A DNA stretch of 63,130 bases from Acutalibacteraceae bacterium. Lineage in GTDB: Bacteria > Bacillota > Clostridia > Oscillospirales > Acutalibacteraceae. Below, one piece after another: positions 51,660 through 58,452 of the stretch. Below the pieces are notes generated by a model, which saw nothing but the letters and a program-made list of their open reading frames with translations, ran no database searches and had not been told where the DNA came from. The translations under genes and the position numbers were made by a program. Position 1 is the stretch's first letter. Every line of letters begins with the position of its first letter. The DNA lies in the NCBI GenBank assembly GCA_045578885.1, contig JAZNLE010000101.1, forward strand, positions 1 through 63,130. The letters are read 5' to 3'.

Positions 51660-51710
51660 AGGCTCCTTCTCCGAGGGAGCTGTCGAACGCAAAGCGTTTG
51701 ACTGAGGGAG
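51660..51710 (+). repeat. Two-hairpin intergenic element, copy B
   Basis: AGGCTCCTTC-tcc-GAGGGAGCT g TCGAACGC-AAA-GCGTTTGA c TGAGGGAG. Confidence 0.8.
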
Positions 51711-51715
51711 TAATC

Positions 51716-51733
51716 AATTCCGAATTACGAATT
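51716..51733. repeat. Second exact copy of AATTCCGAATTACGAATT
   Basis: Identical to 51456-51473. It overlaps the stop codon of the late-regulator gene. Confidence 0.7.
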
Positions 51734-52166
51734 AAATTTCCACCGTCCCATACATAGCAATAGTAAACTTCCGAAGAGCAATATCCTTGATTTCATAAAG
51801 CCTTGTTTTTTCAAGGTAAAATCTTTCGCACAGCCGTTCCACATGGTTGTCCGACTTCTCAAAATAAAAGCCTTCAAGGACTTGCCGCTCTCGTTTGTCG
51901 AGTGTGTCAAGTCCTTTTTCTGTGAGTTTAACTAAGTCTTCGGCAATCTTAAGGCTCGAAGCTAAACGCTCACGCTCCGATATGTTGTCGAGCATCTTCT
52001 CTTCCTGACGAGACATACCGCCCATGACGGGCGTGTCGGTAGAAATTCCGCGCAAGGAAGTAAACTGTTCTTCCAAAACCTTTATCCGCTCTCGGATATT
52101 CTCAATCGACTCTTTCCGCTGCGGATATGTACGCAAATCGTTAACTGCTTCCTTTTTCCAGTTCAA
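51732..52166 (-). CDS. Phage late-gene transcriptional activator, sigma-70 region-4-like (ArpU/RinA-like)
   Basis: The C-terminal LDKRERQVLEGFYFEKSDNHVERLCERFYLEKTRLYEIKDIALRKF resembles a region 4 HTH. It lies just upstream of terS. The TTG at 52166 has AAGAGGTG upstream. The longer track ORF reads through repeat copy F. Confidence 0.55.
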   Translation of the reverse strand: MNWKKEAVNDLRTYPQRKESIENIRERIKVLEEQFTSLRGISTDTPVMGGMSRQEEKMLDNISERERLASSLKIAEDLVKLTEKGLDTLDKRERQVLEGFYFEKSDNHVERLCERFYLEKTRLYEIKDIALRKFTIAMYGTVEI

Positions 52167-52191
52167 TACTTTCACCTCTTTTACATCAATT

Positions 52192-52512
52192 TCATTTAAA
52201 AGCCTTCTCCAGCGGGAGTAGGGGGACCGCTTGCGGTGGATGAGGTGCGTTCCTTTCAAAACTCCCACCGTTCCTTATGACAATTTTATTTAACCTGAGC
52301 TTGTCTACAAACTCACCGTATGTATAACTTGTCCCGTACTTGCGGTTATGCTTTTTAATAATTGCCATCATTTCCATTACAGAGATAAGTTGTTTTGCTT
52401 TCGGCTTACTTGTTACCTTGTGGCTTTTGCAGTCACCACAAAGCTTTTTGTTACCTTTTTTAGTTTCAAACATCGCTCCACAGTTTTGACACCTTTTAAG
52501 CATTATCCTCAC
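52192..52512 (-). CDS. Zinc-ribbon protein, unknown function
   Basis: CQNCG...CGDC at the N-terminus. The 3' end of the ORF is a translation of degenerate repeat copy F, so the true C-terminus is uncertain. Confidence 0.45.
   Translation of the reverse strand: MRIMLKRCQNCGAMFETKKGNKKLCGDCKSHKVTSKPKAKQLISVMEMMAIIKKHNRKYGTSYTYGEFVDKLRLNKIVIRNGGSFERNAPHPPQAVPLLPLEKAFK
52200..52248 (+). repeat. Degenerate relative of the two-hairpin element (copy F)
   Basis: AGCCTTCTCC-agc-GGGAGTA ... ACCG-CTTG-CGGT gga TGAGGTG. It has the same order and orientation as copies A-E but weakened stems. Confidence 0.3.
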
Positions 52513-52972
52513 CCACCAATTCTTTTAAGAGGTCTTCCAAATCTTTTTTAAAAAGTATTTCCAAATCTTGATAAATTCTAAATCGTTCACATAGCAAACT
52601 TACAAACTCGGTGATAGCTTCGGCTTTTAGGTTATCGCAAAATTCCAACCATTCTTCAAGAGAACTTGCAAATACAAGCATATTTTCAACTCGTATGTGT
52701 GAATTAAACTCCGCAATTTTATCTTCAAAAGGTTTCAACCTCTCATTCTCTGCTTCCAAAGAAGTTAAATTGGTTTTCAAAGAAGTTAAATCAGAAGTCA
52801 AATTTGAGTTCTTCGTTTCAAGGCGGTTGATTAGGTCAAGGGCATTGTTAATAACTTTTGCAAGTTCTTCATCTTCTCGACCACAATAAACACACTCACG
52901 GTTTTCTAAATGAATTTTTAAATCCTTTACAATCTCGTTATCGGTTGGTTTTTTATCGGGCATTGTTGTCAC
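52496..52972 (-). CDS. Coiled-coil protein, unknown function
   Basis: 158-aa ORF with heptad-like LTSDLTSLKTNLTSLEAENERL. It overlaps its neighbours. Confidence 0.45.
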   Translation of the reverse strand: MTTMPDKKPTDNEIVKDLKIHLENRECVYCGREDEELAKVINNALDLINRLETKNSNLTSDLTSLKTNLTSLEAENERLKPFEDKIAEFNSHIRVENMLVFASSLEEWLEFCDNLKAEAITEFVSLLCERFRIYQDLEILFKKDLEDLLKELVGEDNA

Positions 52973-53159
52973 CTCTCACATCTCTAAAATAAGGGCAAGA
53001 TAAACAGTATTCCGTACGATACGCGGGTGATTTTTTACCCGCACACATACCAAAAACCGCTATTAGCTTACTTTCCATATTGTCATAACAACGATTGTAA
53101 AATATTTTTGTTCTAATTTTTTCTATATATCTTTTAATTTTATCGAGCATTGTTATCAC
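52953..53159 (-). CDS. Small Cys-containing protein, unknown function
   Basis: 68 aa. The GTG start overlaps the upstream TGA (GTGA). Confidence 0.4.
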   Translation of the reverse strand: MITMLDKIKRYIEKIRTKIFYNRCYDNMESKLIAVFGMCAGKKSPAYRTEYCLSCPYFRDVRGDNNAR

Positions 53160-53311
53160 CGCCTTTCGTTAATTGGTAGCACTAAAGGAATAAATCTTTT
53201 ATTCCACACTAAAGCCAAACCGTTCTTTAGTCCTTTGTACCCTGCATATATGCGTTTTATTTTAGGAATTTTCTTTGCGTAATTAGTTTTATAAACTTTA
53301 AATAATTTCAT
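53156..53311 (-). CDS. Small basic protein (51 aa), unknown function; not in the ORF track
   Basis: ATG preceded by GGAGTGTGAGGGG. MKLFKVYKTNYAKKIPKIKRIYAGYKGLKNGLALVWNKRFIPLVLPINERR. Start and stop are coupled to neighbours. Confidence 0.3.
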   Translation of the reverse strand: MKLFKVYKTNYAKKIPKIKRIYAGYKGLKNGLALVWNKRFIPLVLPINERR

Positions 53312-53472
53312 TTCCCCTCACACTCCTTTTTTATTGGTTGATAATCTTCACAATGGTTAAAACAATACGATTGAAACACTTGCTCTCCTGTTCTGTCGCA
53401 AATACATTTGTTTTTCCCGCTTTTGCTCAAATACCCCAAGCCCTGAAATCTGCATTTTCTATGTTGTGCCAT
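53308..53472 (-). CDS. Small Cys-rich protein (54 aa), unknown function; not in the ORF track
   Basis: ATG preceded by GGAGG at 9 nt. MAQHRKCRFQGLGYLSKSGKNKCICDRTGEQVFQSYCFNHCEDYQPIKKECEGK. ATGA overlap with the next ORF. Confidence 0.3.
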   Translation of the reverse strand: MAQHRKCRFQGLGYLSKSGKNKCICDRTGEQVFQSYCFNHCEDYQPIKKECEGK

Positions 53473-53851
53473 TGTTTAACTCCTCCAACTTTTCTTCTGC
53501 TTCCTCTTTGGTGAGGAATAAATTTCCGTTTAACCAATCATTCATAAAACACCAATCAAACTCTTTAACTTGAAGCATTAAATTCATTTTTGGTTTTTTT
53601 CTTTCTACTATTTTTAAAATGCCTTGTTTAAGTTCTTTTGTTTCTATGTAATTTTCATAATTTTTGTCCCAATATGTTTCGCATATATAATACACCGTAT
53701 TCCCCACCTTACAAGGCGGCACGATAACACCATTTGCTAACAGGTAGTCGGCAATTTTTTCAATTACCATTCTTTCGGACATTTGCAAAATGGGGTTATC
53801 GGGTTTTTTAAAGTTCACTAATAAATCTATAAGCCTATCTCTATCAATCAC
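53459..53851 (-). CDS. Hypothetical phage protein
   Basis: 130-aa ORF in the early/middle operon. No motif recognised. Confidence 0.45.
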   Translation of the reverse strand: MIDRDRLIDLLVNFKKPDNPILQMSERMVIEKIADYLLANGVIVPPCKVGNTVYYICETYWDKNYENYIETKELKQGILKIVERKKPKMNLMLQVKEFDWCFMNDWLNGNLFLTKEEAEEKLEELNNGTT

Positions 53852-53863
53852 TATTCACACCTC

Positions 53864-54001
53864 CTAAAACGTCACACAAATATTAAGCACTGCTGCAGCG
53901 AGCCAATAAACCGCCATTTTAAAATCTTGCGTTACGGCATACACCACCGCCGCGCCAATGTTTAAAATAATTAATATCAAAGGGAATATGTATTTACTCA
54001 T
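53864..54001 (-). CDS. Small membrane protein (45 aa)
   Basis: MSKYIFPLILIILNIGAAVVYAV...WLAAAVLNICVTF has two TM segments. The ATG is embedded in the upstream stop region. Confidence 0.35.
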   Translation of the reverse strand: MSKYIFPLILIILNIGAAVVYAVTQDFKMAVYWLAAAVLNICVTF

Positions 54002-54233
54002 TATTAGCACCACACTTACAACAATATTTTTCGGGTAGTGTTTCAGGCTCCGCTTCACAGTAAGTAAACCCGCATTTTGAACAAGTATATTCAACAGCAA
54101 TCTCTCTGTCATTCGGAATCCATCTTCCATATTTTTGTTCTCTTCTCAAAGCTGTACCGCCGCCAATGATTAATCCCATTACTAAACCAAGAAAAACCGC
54201 CAAAAGCAGTATTAACTCAGCCATTACAATCAC
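53994..54233 (-). CDS. Membrane-anchored zinc-ribbon protein
   Basis: N-terminal TM, then CSKCG...CCKCG. Confidence 0.45.
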   Translation of the reverse strand: MIVMAELILLLAVFLGLVMGLIIGGGTALRREQKYGRWIPNDREIAVEYTCSKCGFTYCEAEPETLPEKYCCKCGANNE

Positions 54234-54627
54234 CTCCTGTCAACGACTCCGGATTGTCATGTATGTTACCGATAACTTCATACACCGCACACTCGTTGAA
54301 CAAATAAACACTATTGTAGGGGTTTTGCGGTTCAATAAAGAAACATGTCTCTTCATATACGATTTTACCGGTTATGCCGTTGTAAAAAGGACTGCCGAAA
54401 ACATCATCCTGTGCTTTTACAATATCTCCTTCAAAAATCCGCGTGCCATTCTTATCGGTCAAACCGGTATATTGGCCAACGGTGTTTTTATCTACTTCAA
54501 TAAAACTGCCACTTTTAAACTCACCAAGCGAAACGAAAGTTCTATTAACACCGGGATAGAAAAGCAAGCTGCCTTGTACCCACTGCTTGTTATCTTTTCG
54601 TTTCGCTCTAAATAATATTTCTCTCAT
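54217..54627 (-). CDS. YopX-family phage protein
   Basis: MREILFRAKRKDNKQWVQG...GQYTGLTDKNGTRIFEGDIV...EVIGNIHDNPE is the classic YopX pattern. The start is set at ATG 54627. Confidence 0.75.
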   Translation of the reverse strand: MREILFRAKRKDNKQWVQGSLLFYPGVNRTFVSLGEFKSGSFIEVDKNTVGQYTGLTDKNGTRIFEGDIVKAQDDVFGSPFYNGITGKIVYEETCFFIEPQNPYNSVYLFNECAVYEVIGNIHDNPESLTGGDCNG

Positions 54628-54629
54628 AA

Positions 54630-54962
54630 TCAATTTTCCTTCCGTTCGCCATCCATTTTTGCACTGCAATAAGGACAATAATCATATTCATTTTCGTCTA
54701 TATATCCTTTGCTACAATCGATTACAGAATCGCAATGGGAACAGGTTATAAATTTTTTGTTATGTTCTGGGAAAGAATCGACCTTCCACTCAGCGTGCAC
54801 AACCTCAACCACATTGGCAGAACGTATCATACCAACCGCTCCCTGAATCAATAAAATATCGTCCACAGGGTCAAGCGTTTTTTGTCCGTCTTCAATTGCA
54901 CCCTTGCCGTAGTTTTTTATAACTTCAATTACCTTACTGCGTTCTATATATTCCTTACTCAT
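54630..54962 (-). CDS. Zinc-ribbon protein, unknown function
   Basis: CSHCD...CPYC near the C-terminus. ATG 54962 has GGAGG 8 nt upstream (the track ORF starts at 54983). Confidence 0.45.
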   Translation of the reverse strand: MSKEYIERSKVIEVIKNYGKGAIEDGQKTLDPVDDILLIQGAVGMIRSANVVEVVHAEWKVDSFPEHNKKFITCSHCDSVIDCSKGYIDENEYDYCPYCSAKMDGERKEN

Positions 54963-55068
54963 CACTTCGTCCTCCAAACCCATACTGCAAAAGCGATAAG
55001 GGCAATAATTATTAAAATATGCTTTGTTTCCATATCAACCTGACCTTTAAAATCAATTTTTATCTACT

Positions 55069-55126
55069 AGGCTCCTTCTGATGAGGGAGCTGTCAGCGAA
55101 GCTGACTGAGGGAGAGACCCTATATA
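55069..55126 (+). repeat. Two-hairpin intergenic element, copy C (downstream flank of rep)
   Basis: AGGCTCCTTC-tgat-GAGGGAGCT GTCAGC-GAA-GCTGAC TGAGGGAGAGACCCTATAT. The tail is identical to copy D over 22 nt. Confidence 0.8.
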
Positions 55127-55170
55127 GTGCCAACGGCACACCGAACCTCTTCACTCTTCACTGCGAAGCA

Positions 55171-56079
55171 TCACCCACCGCCTTCCAATTCCGCCTTGGA
55201 AACAATCTCGCCTTCGGGACAACATTCTTTCCAGAAATTATTGCGAATCCATTCGCGGTTTTTCCTCTTGAAATATTTAATAGCCTCGCTGCCGTAAAGC
55301 CGTTTATGGTTCTCGTCATAACAATGGAAATCGGGCGGAAGTTTTATCATTCGATAAAACAAATACGGTCGCCCCGTCACAGGGTTACACCCCGCACGAA
55401 TACTATCGGTATCGATGTGATAACCCTCGCGAGCAACAGGCGGCTCTTTCCACTTGATTTTGTGGATTTTTTTAGGCGGTTCTTCATAAGACTTACGCAA
55501 ATTACGGCTTCCAATCCACTTCTTGATATATCCGTCAGTCTCTTGATACATCGGCTGTTTGACTATGTATGCCGCAAGCGAAGAATATTCACCGGTATCA
55601 TACATCGCTCTGCAGTCAGGCGGCCGAGCATCGCGTGTAGCCTTAATATGCTCTTTCCAAAGAATAGTAATCTCTTTAAACTTTTCACCCTGCGGTAATA
55701 TAACGTGGTGGTGAATGCCACCACGTTCACCGTAGGCGGTACGCTTTATGTATTTAAACTCAATTCCCCATTCGGCATATAACTTTCTTAACTTCCGAAG
55801 GAAAGCACTCAGCTGAGCCGTAGCCTTTTCATAATCTTGTGGCCTGTTATGGTTTTCATAATGGAATGTTACAAACCAATCGTCAGGAATAAAGTTTTCA
55901 TTGATAAGTCGTGTCAATTTTCTAATTGCAAGTTCTTCGTTATAGGCCTGCATAGCTTCAGGTGTACTTTCACTACGCTTCCTTCGTGTAAGGCCATCTC
56001 CAAACCTTGTAGGGTAGGTATTTTCGACTTCTATCGTATTACCCGCCTTTATTATTCGTTGTCTATATACAGGTTTCAT
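55171..56079 (-). CDS. HUH-superfamily rolling-circle replication initiator (Rep)
   Basis: Motif I WFVTFHY, motif II (HUH) GGIHHHVILP, motif III Tyr SLAAYIVKQ. 302 aa, RBS GAGGT. Confidence 0.65.
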   Translation of the reverse strand: MKPVYRQRIIKAGNTIEVENTYPTRFGDGLTRRKRSESTPEAMQAYNEELAIRKLTRLINENFIPDDWFVTFHYENHNRPQDYEKATAQLSAFLRKLRKLYAEWGIEFKYIKRTAYGERGGIHHHVILPQGEKFKEITILWKEHIKATRDARPPDCRAMYDTGEYSSLAAYIVKQPMYQETDGYIKKWIGSRNLRKSYEEPPKKIHKIKWKEPPVAREGYHIDTDSIRAGCNPVTGRPYLFYRMIKLPPDFHCYDENHKRLYGSEAIKYFKRKNREWIRNNFWKECCPEGEIVSKAELEGGG

Positions 56080-56179
56080 TTTTTACCTCAAAAATTTCCG
56101 TTAGTTAATACTTCTTATCAAGCGCTAAATCGGTAATTATACCGATTTTTGCATTTTCTTAATTTCAGTTTTTTATCCA

Positions 56180-56243
56180 AGGCTCCCTCTGATTGAGGGA
56201 GCTGGATTTTGCGAAGCAAAAGACTGAGGGAGAGACCCTATAT
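56180..56243 (+). repeat. Two-hairpin intergenic element, copy D (upstream flank of rep)
   Basis: AGGCTCCCTC-tgatt-GAGGGAGCT gga TTTTGC-GAA-GCAAAA ga CTGAGGGAGAGACCCTATAT. The tail overlaps the stop of the upstream gene. Confidence 0.8.
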
Positions 56244-56702
56244 CGCGCCCCACCTCTCGTCCCATTTTGATGTATCTCCGCCATTTAAAGCAGCTTGAGC
56301 GTATTCGTCGGCATCCTGTTCCCACTTTAAAAGGTCTTCTTTTAAAGCGACAGCCAAATACATAACTTCATATACAGGCTCATCACTGTACCGTGGAAAC
56401 TCCTTTTTAAACTGAACCAAAGCTTTTTTATACCGAATTTTAAAATCGTATGTATACTCGTCATAAATACCTTCTTCGATACATCGGTTCAGAATAGCCT
56501 TGGTGTATCTCCAGTCCGCACCTTTACAAGCTGTCACATCAATAGCCTTTATAATAAGGTCAGGCTTGGCGCCGTGGTCAAGGTAATATCCTATATCGTC
56601 TATCACAAATCTCGACAACAAGCGCCCCATTATTTCTTCATAAGCGCGAGCCACTTTACCTATAGCCTGTCCGCGTTCTCCGCTCAACTCTGTTGGTGTC
56701 AA
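56238..56702 (-). CDS. DnaD-domain-like replication protein
   Basis: LIIKAIDVTACKGADWRYTKAILNRCIEEGI resembles the DnaD/DnaB_2 C-terminal domain. The TTG start overlaps the upstream stop. Confidence 0.5.
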   Translation of the reverse strand: MTPTELSGERGQAIGKVARAYEEIMGRLLSRFVIDDIGYYLDHGAKPDLIIKAIDVTACKGADWRYTKAILNRCIEEGIYDEYTYDFKIRYKKALVQFKKEFPRYSDEPVYEVMYLAVALKEDLLKWEQDADEYAQAALNGGDTSKWDERWGAI

Positions 56703-56914
56703 GACGATTTCCCCTCTATACCGAGAATAGCGCGCACATTTATAGGCTTGCGCAATTGCCTACAGTTTGTCCCGTCGACAAAGTGATGGCTAAAGTGCTT
56801 ACAACCGTATCGCTCTTTATTACGGCACTCATATCCCGAATAATTTGCATTACGGTCAGGCAGTTCCGCTCCCGTCTTTATACACTTACACATCACTATC
56901 ACCGGGCGAATCAA
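56699..56914 (-). CDS. Small Cys/His-rich protein, unknown function
   Basis: 71-aa ORF (CKCIKTG...YECRNKERYGCKHFSHH) coupled to both neighbours. Support is weak. Confidence 0.35.
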   Translation of the reverse strand: MIRPVIVMCKCIKTGAELPDRNANYSGYECRNKERYGCKHFSHHFVDGTNCRQLRKPINVRAILGIEGKSS

Positions 56915-57257
56915 TTTCAGGTTTTGTTTTTGTTAGATATTCGATAATAGCGCTCTTGCTATCACCCGAAGGATTATACAGTTTATACGCTGTATCGGAA
57001 TAACCCGTATCAAACTTATCCTTTTCAGCCAATATTAGATGGTACCTTACCGCCGTACTTTTTTCGTACACGAAACGGTGTTGAGGTGTATAGTCGGCAA
57101 ACTTAATACACGCATACTCAGTCGCAATAATCACCGTGCCATTAGGGAATACATAACGGTAAAATTTAAGTTCGAGTTCGGGAACTTCCTTCCAAAGCTT
57201 CCAATCCTTATAATTTTCTAAAAAGCGCTCACGCTCTGCTTTATTTTTTAATTGCAT
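56886..57257 (-). CDS. Hypothetical phage protein
   Basis: About 123-aa ORF. The second ATG has GAGGAG at 7 nt. Confidence 0.45.
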   Translation of the reverse strand: MQLKNKAERERFLENYKDWKLWKEVPELELKFYRYVFPNGTVIIATEYACIKFADYTPQHRFVYEKSTAVRYHLILAEKDKFDTGYSDTAYKLYNPSGDSKSAIIEYLTKTKPEIDSPGDSDV

Positions 57258-57291
57258 TTTCATTCTCCTCTAAATTGTTTTTTCATTTTCG

Positions 57292-57343
57292 AGGCTCCCT
57301 TGCCTAAAGGGAGCTGGCTTGCCTTCAGGCAAGAGTGAGGGAT
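57292..57343 (+). repeat. Two-hairpin intergenic element, copy E
   Basis: AGGCTCCCTT-gccta-AAGGGAGCT gg CTTGCC-TTCA-GGCAAG ag TGAGGGAT. Confidence 0.8.
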
Positions 57344-57365
57344 TTACTTTTGTTTTTTAACTTCT

Positions 57366-57998
57366 CTAATTTATCCATTTTATAATTGGATTACCTGAAA
57401 AGCCTTTTTCCCATACAAACCAAGCATAAGCTACTGCACTAGACTTGATTTTTTCAAATTCGCCGTTCATCGCGCACAACAGTCTTGAAGAACTAACATA
57501 AACAACTTTTGGCGGATTGTTCAGGAAGAACTGTTTTCTTGCTTTTCCTTCAAGAAACTGCAATTTCAAAAACATTGCAACCTTTCTTCCTGGCTTTACG
57601 CTGTCCAATGCTTTTTTAACAAATTCCAATGCAAATTTGTATGGCGGGTTTGTTATGATATCACCCTCAAAACCGATAAGGGTTTCTTTAAGAAAATTCG
57701 CAGGTCTAGCATTACCATAACCACGATAAATCAAGTCCGTTGCAATAACTTCGTATCCCGCCTTTTCAAGAACCTTTGCAAGATGACCTTCACCGCATGC
57801 ACACTCCCAAATAACAGGGGCAAAACGTTCTTCTTTAAGTAGTAGTTCCATCGCTTTTGGTTCGGTTGCATAGTAATCATGGTCATGTCTCGCGGATTTT
57901 GTGTGATTGGAAGCTCCTAAAGTCTTATAAATACTGTTATAATTACCTGTCCAATCTCTACTTTGTCGCACTCTTTCTGACGCGTCAAAATTTTTCAT
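57366..57998 (-). CDS. Orphan N6-adenine (NPPY-type) DNA methyltransferase
   Basis: SAM motif WECACGEGH and catalytic ITNPPY. 210 aa, with no adjacent endonuclease. Confidence 0.7.
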   Translation of the reverse strand: MKNFDASERVRQSRDWTGNYNSIYKTLGASNHTKSARHDHDYYATEPKAMELLLKEERFAPVIWECACGEGHLAKVLEKAGYEVIATDLIYRGYGNARPANFLKETLIGFEGDIITNPPYKFALEFVKKALDSVKPGRKVAMFLKLQFLEGKARKQFFLNNPPKVVYVSSSRLLCAMNGEFEKIKSSAVAYAWFVWEKGFSGNPIIKWIN

Positions 57999-58204
57999 CT
58001 ATTATCTCCCTTAATCAAACTCTGCTTATATCCTGTTTCGGTTAAAAAATATAAAATACGGTGTTCTTCATAGCTGAAAAAATCTTCTTCGGTTGCCAAC
58101 CCAAGCGCTGTAACTTCCTTGACCTTCATAGGTACCCCCCCGTTTGAAGAGTAAATATAATCACCGGGTTTAACCAATTTTCGAATCTTATTTTCCCGAA
58201 CCAT
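57995..58204 (-). CDS. Hypothetical phage protein
   Basis: About 69-aa ORF. ATG 58204 has AGGTGA upstream (GTG 58213 is the alternative). Confidence 0.4.
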   Translation of the reverse strand: MVRENKIRKLVKPGDYIYSSNGGVPMKVKEVTALGLATEEDFFSYEEHRILYFLTETGYKQSLIKGDNR

Positions 58205-58442
58205 CTCTTTCACCTACTTTAGTCGTATCCACATTCGGCACCTTAAATGTTGCGCGGTGGTATTCTCCTATTAAGCGATTGTATTTCGAACGCAATTCTT
58301 TAAGCTGCTTGTCCTTCTTGTCAATTTCATGACGGCTATTTATGTAACCGTTTCCAACCAACAAGAAAACTATAAACATAAAAATCAAAAATAAAAGTAC
58401 AATCCAAAACGCTATTCCGTCTATTAAAATAAAATTATTCAT
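58188..58442 (-). CDS. Small membrane protein
   Basis: 84 aa. One long TM (FWIVLLFLIFMFIVFLLV) and RBS AGGAGAG. Confidence 0.45.
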   Translation of the reverse strand: MNNFILIDGIAFWIVLLFLIFMFIVFLLVGNGYINSRHEIDKKDKQLKELRSKYNRLIGEYHRATFKVPNVDTTKVGERDGSGK

Positions 58443-58452
58443 TTCCGCTCTC

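Noticed and set aside
51732-52512. N-terminal 34 aa of track ORF 51732..52268 and the C-terminal tail of 52192..52512
   Set aside because: Both are translations of degenerate hairpin-element copy F. An RBS-supported TTG at 52166 gives a regulator of sensible length. The upstream gene's true end remains uncertain.
55077-55088. CTGATGAG in repeat copy C looks like the hammerhead ribozyme core (CUGAUGA ... GAA)
   Set aside because: The string is the loop and 3'-arm junction of hairpin 1. It is not conserved in the other four copies (the loops are gtgta, tcc, tgatt and gccta). No stem III or cleavage-site context could be built.
55081-55698. Plus-strand 205-aa ORF starting inside repeat copy C
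   Set aside because: It lies opposite the Rep gene, whose HUH motifs support the minus-strand frame.
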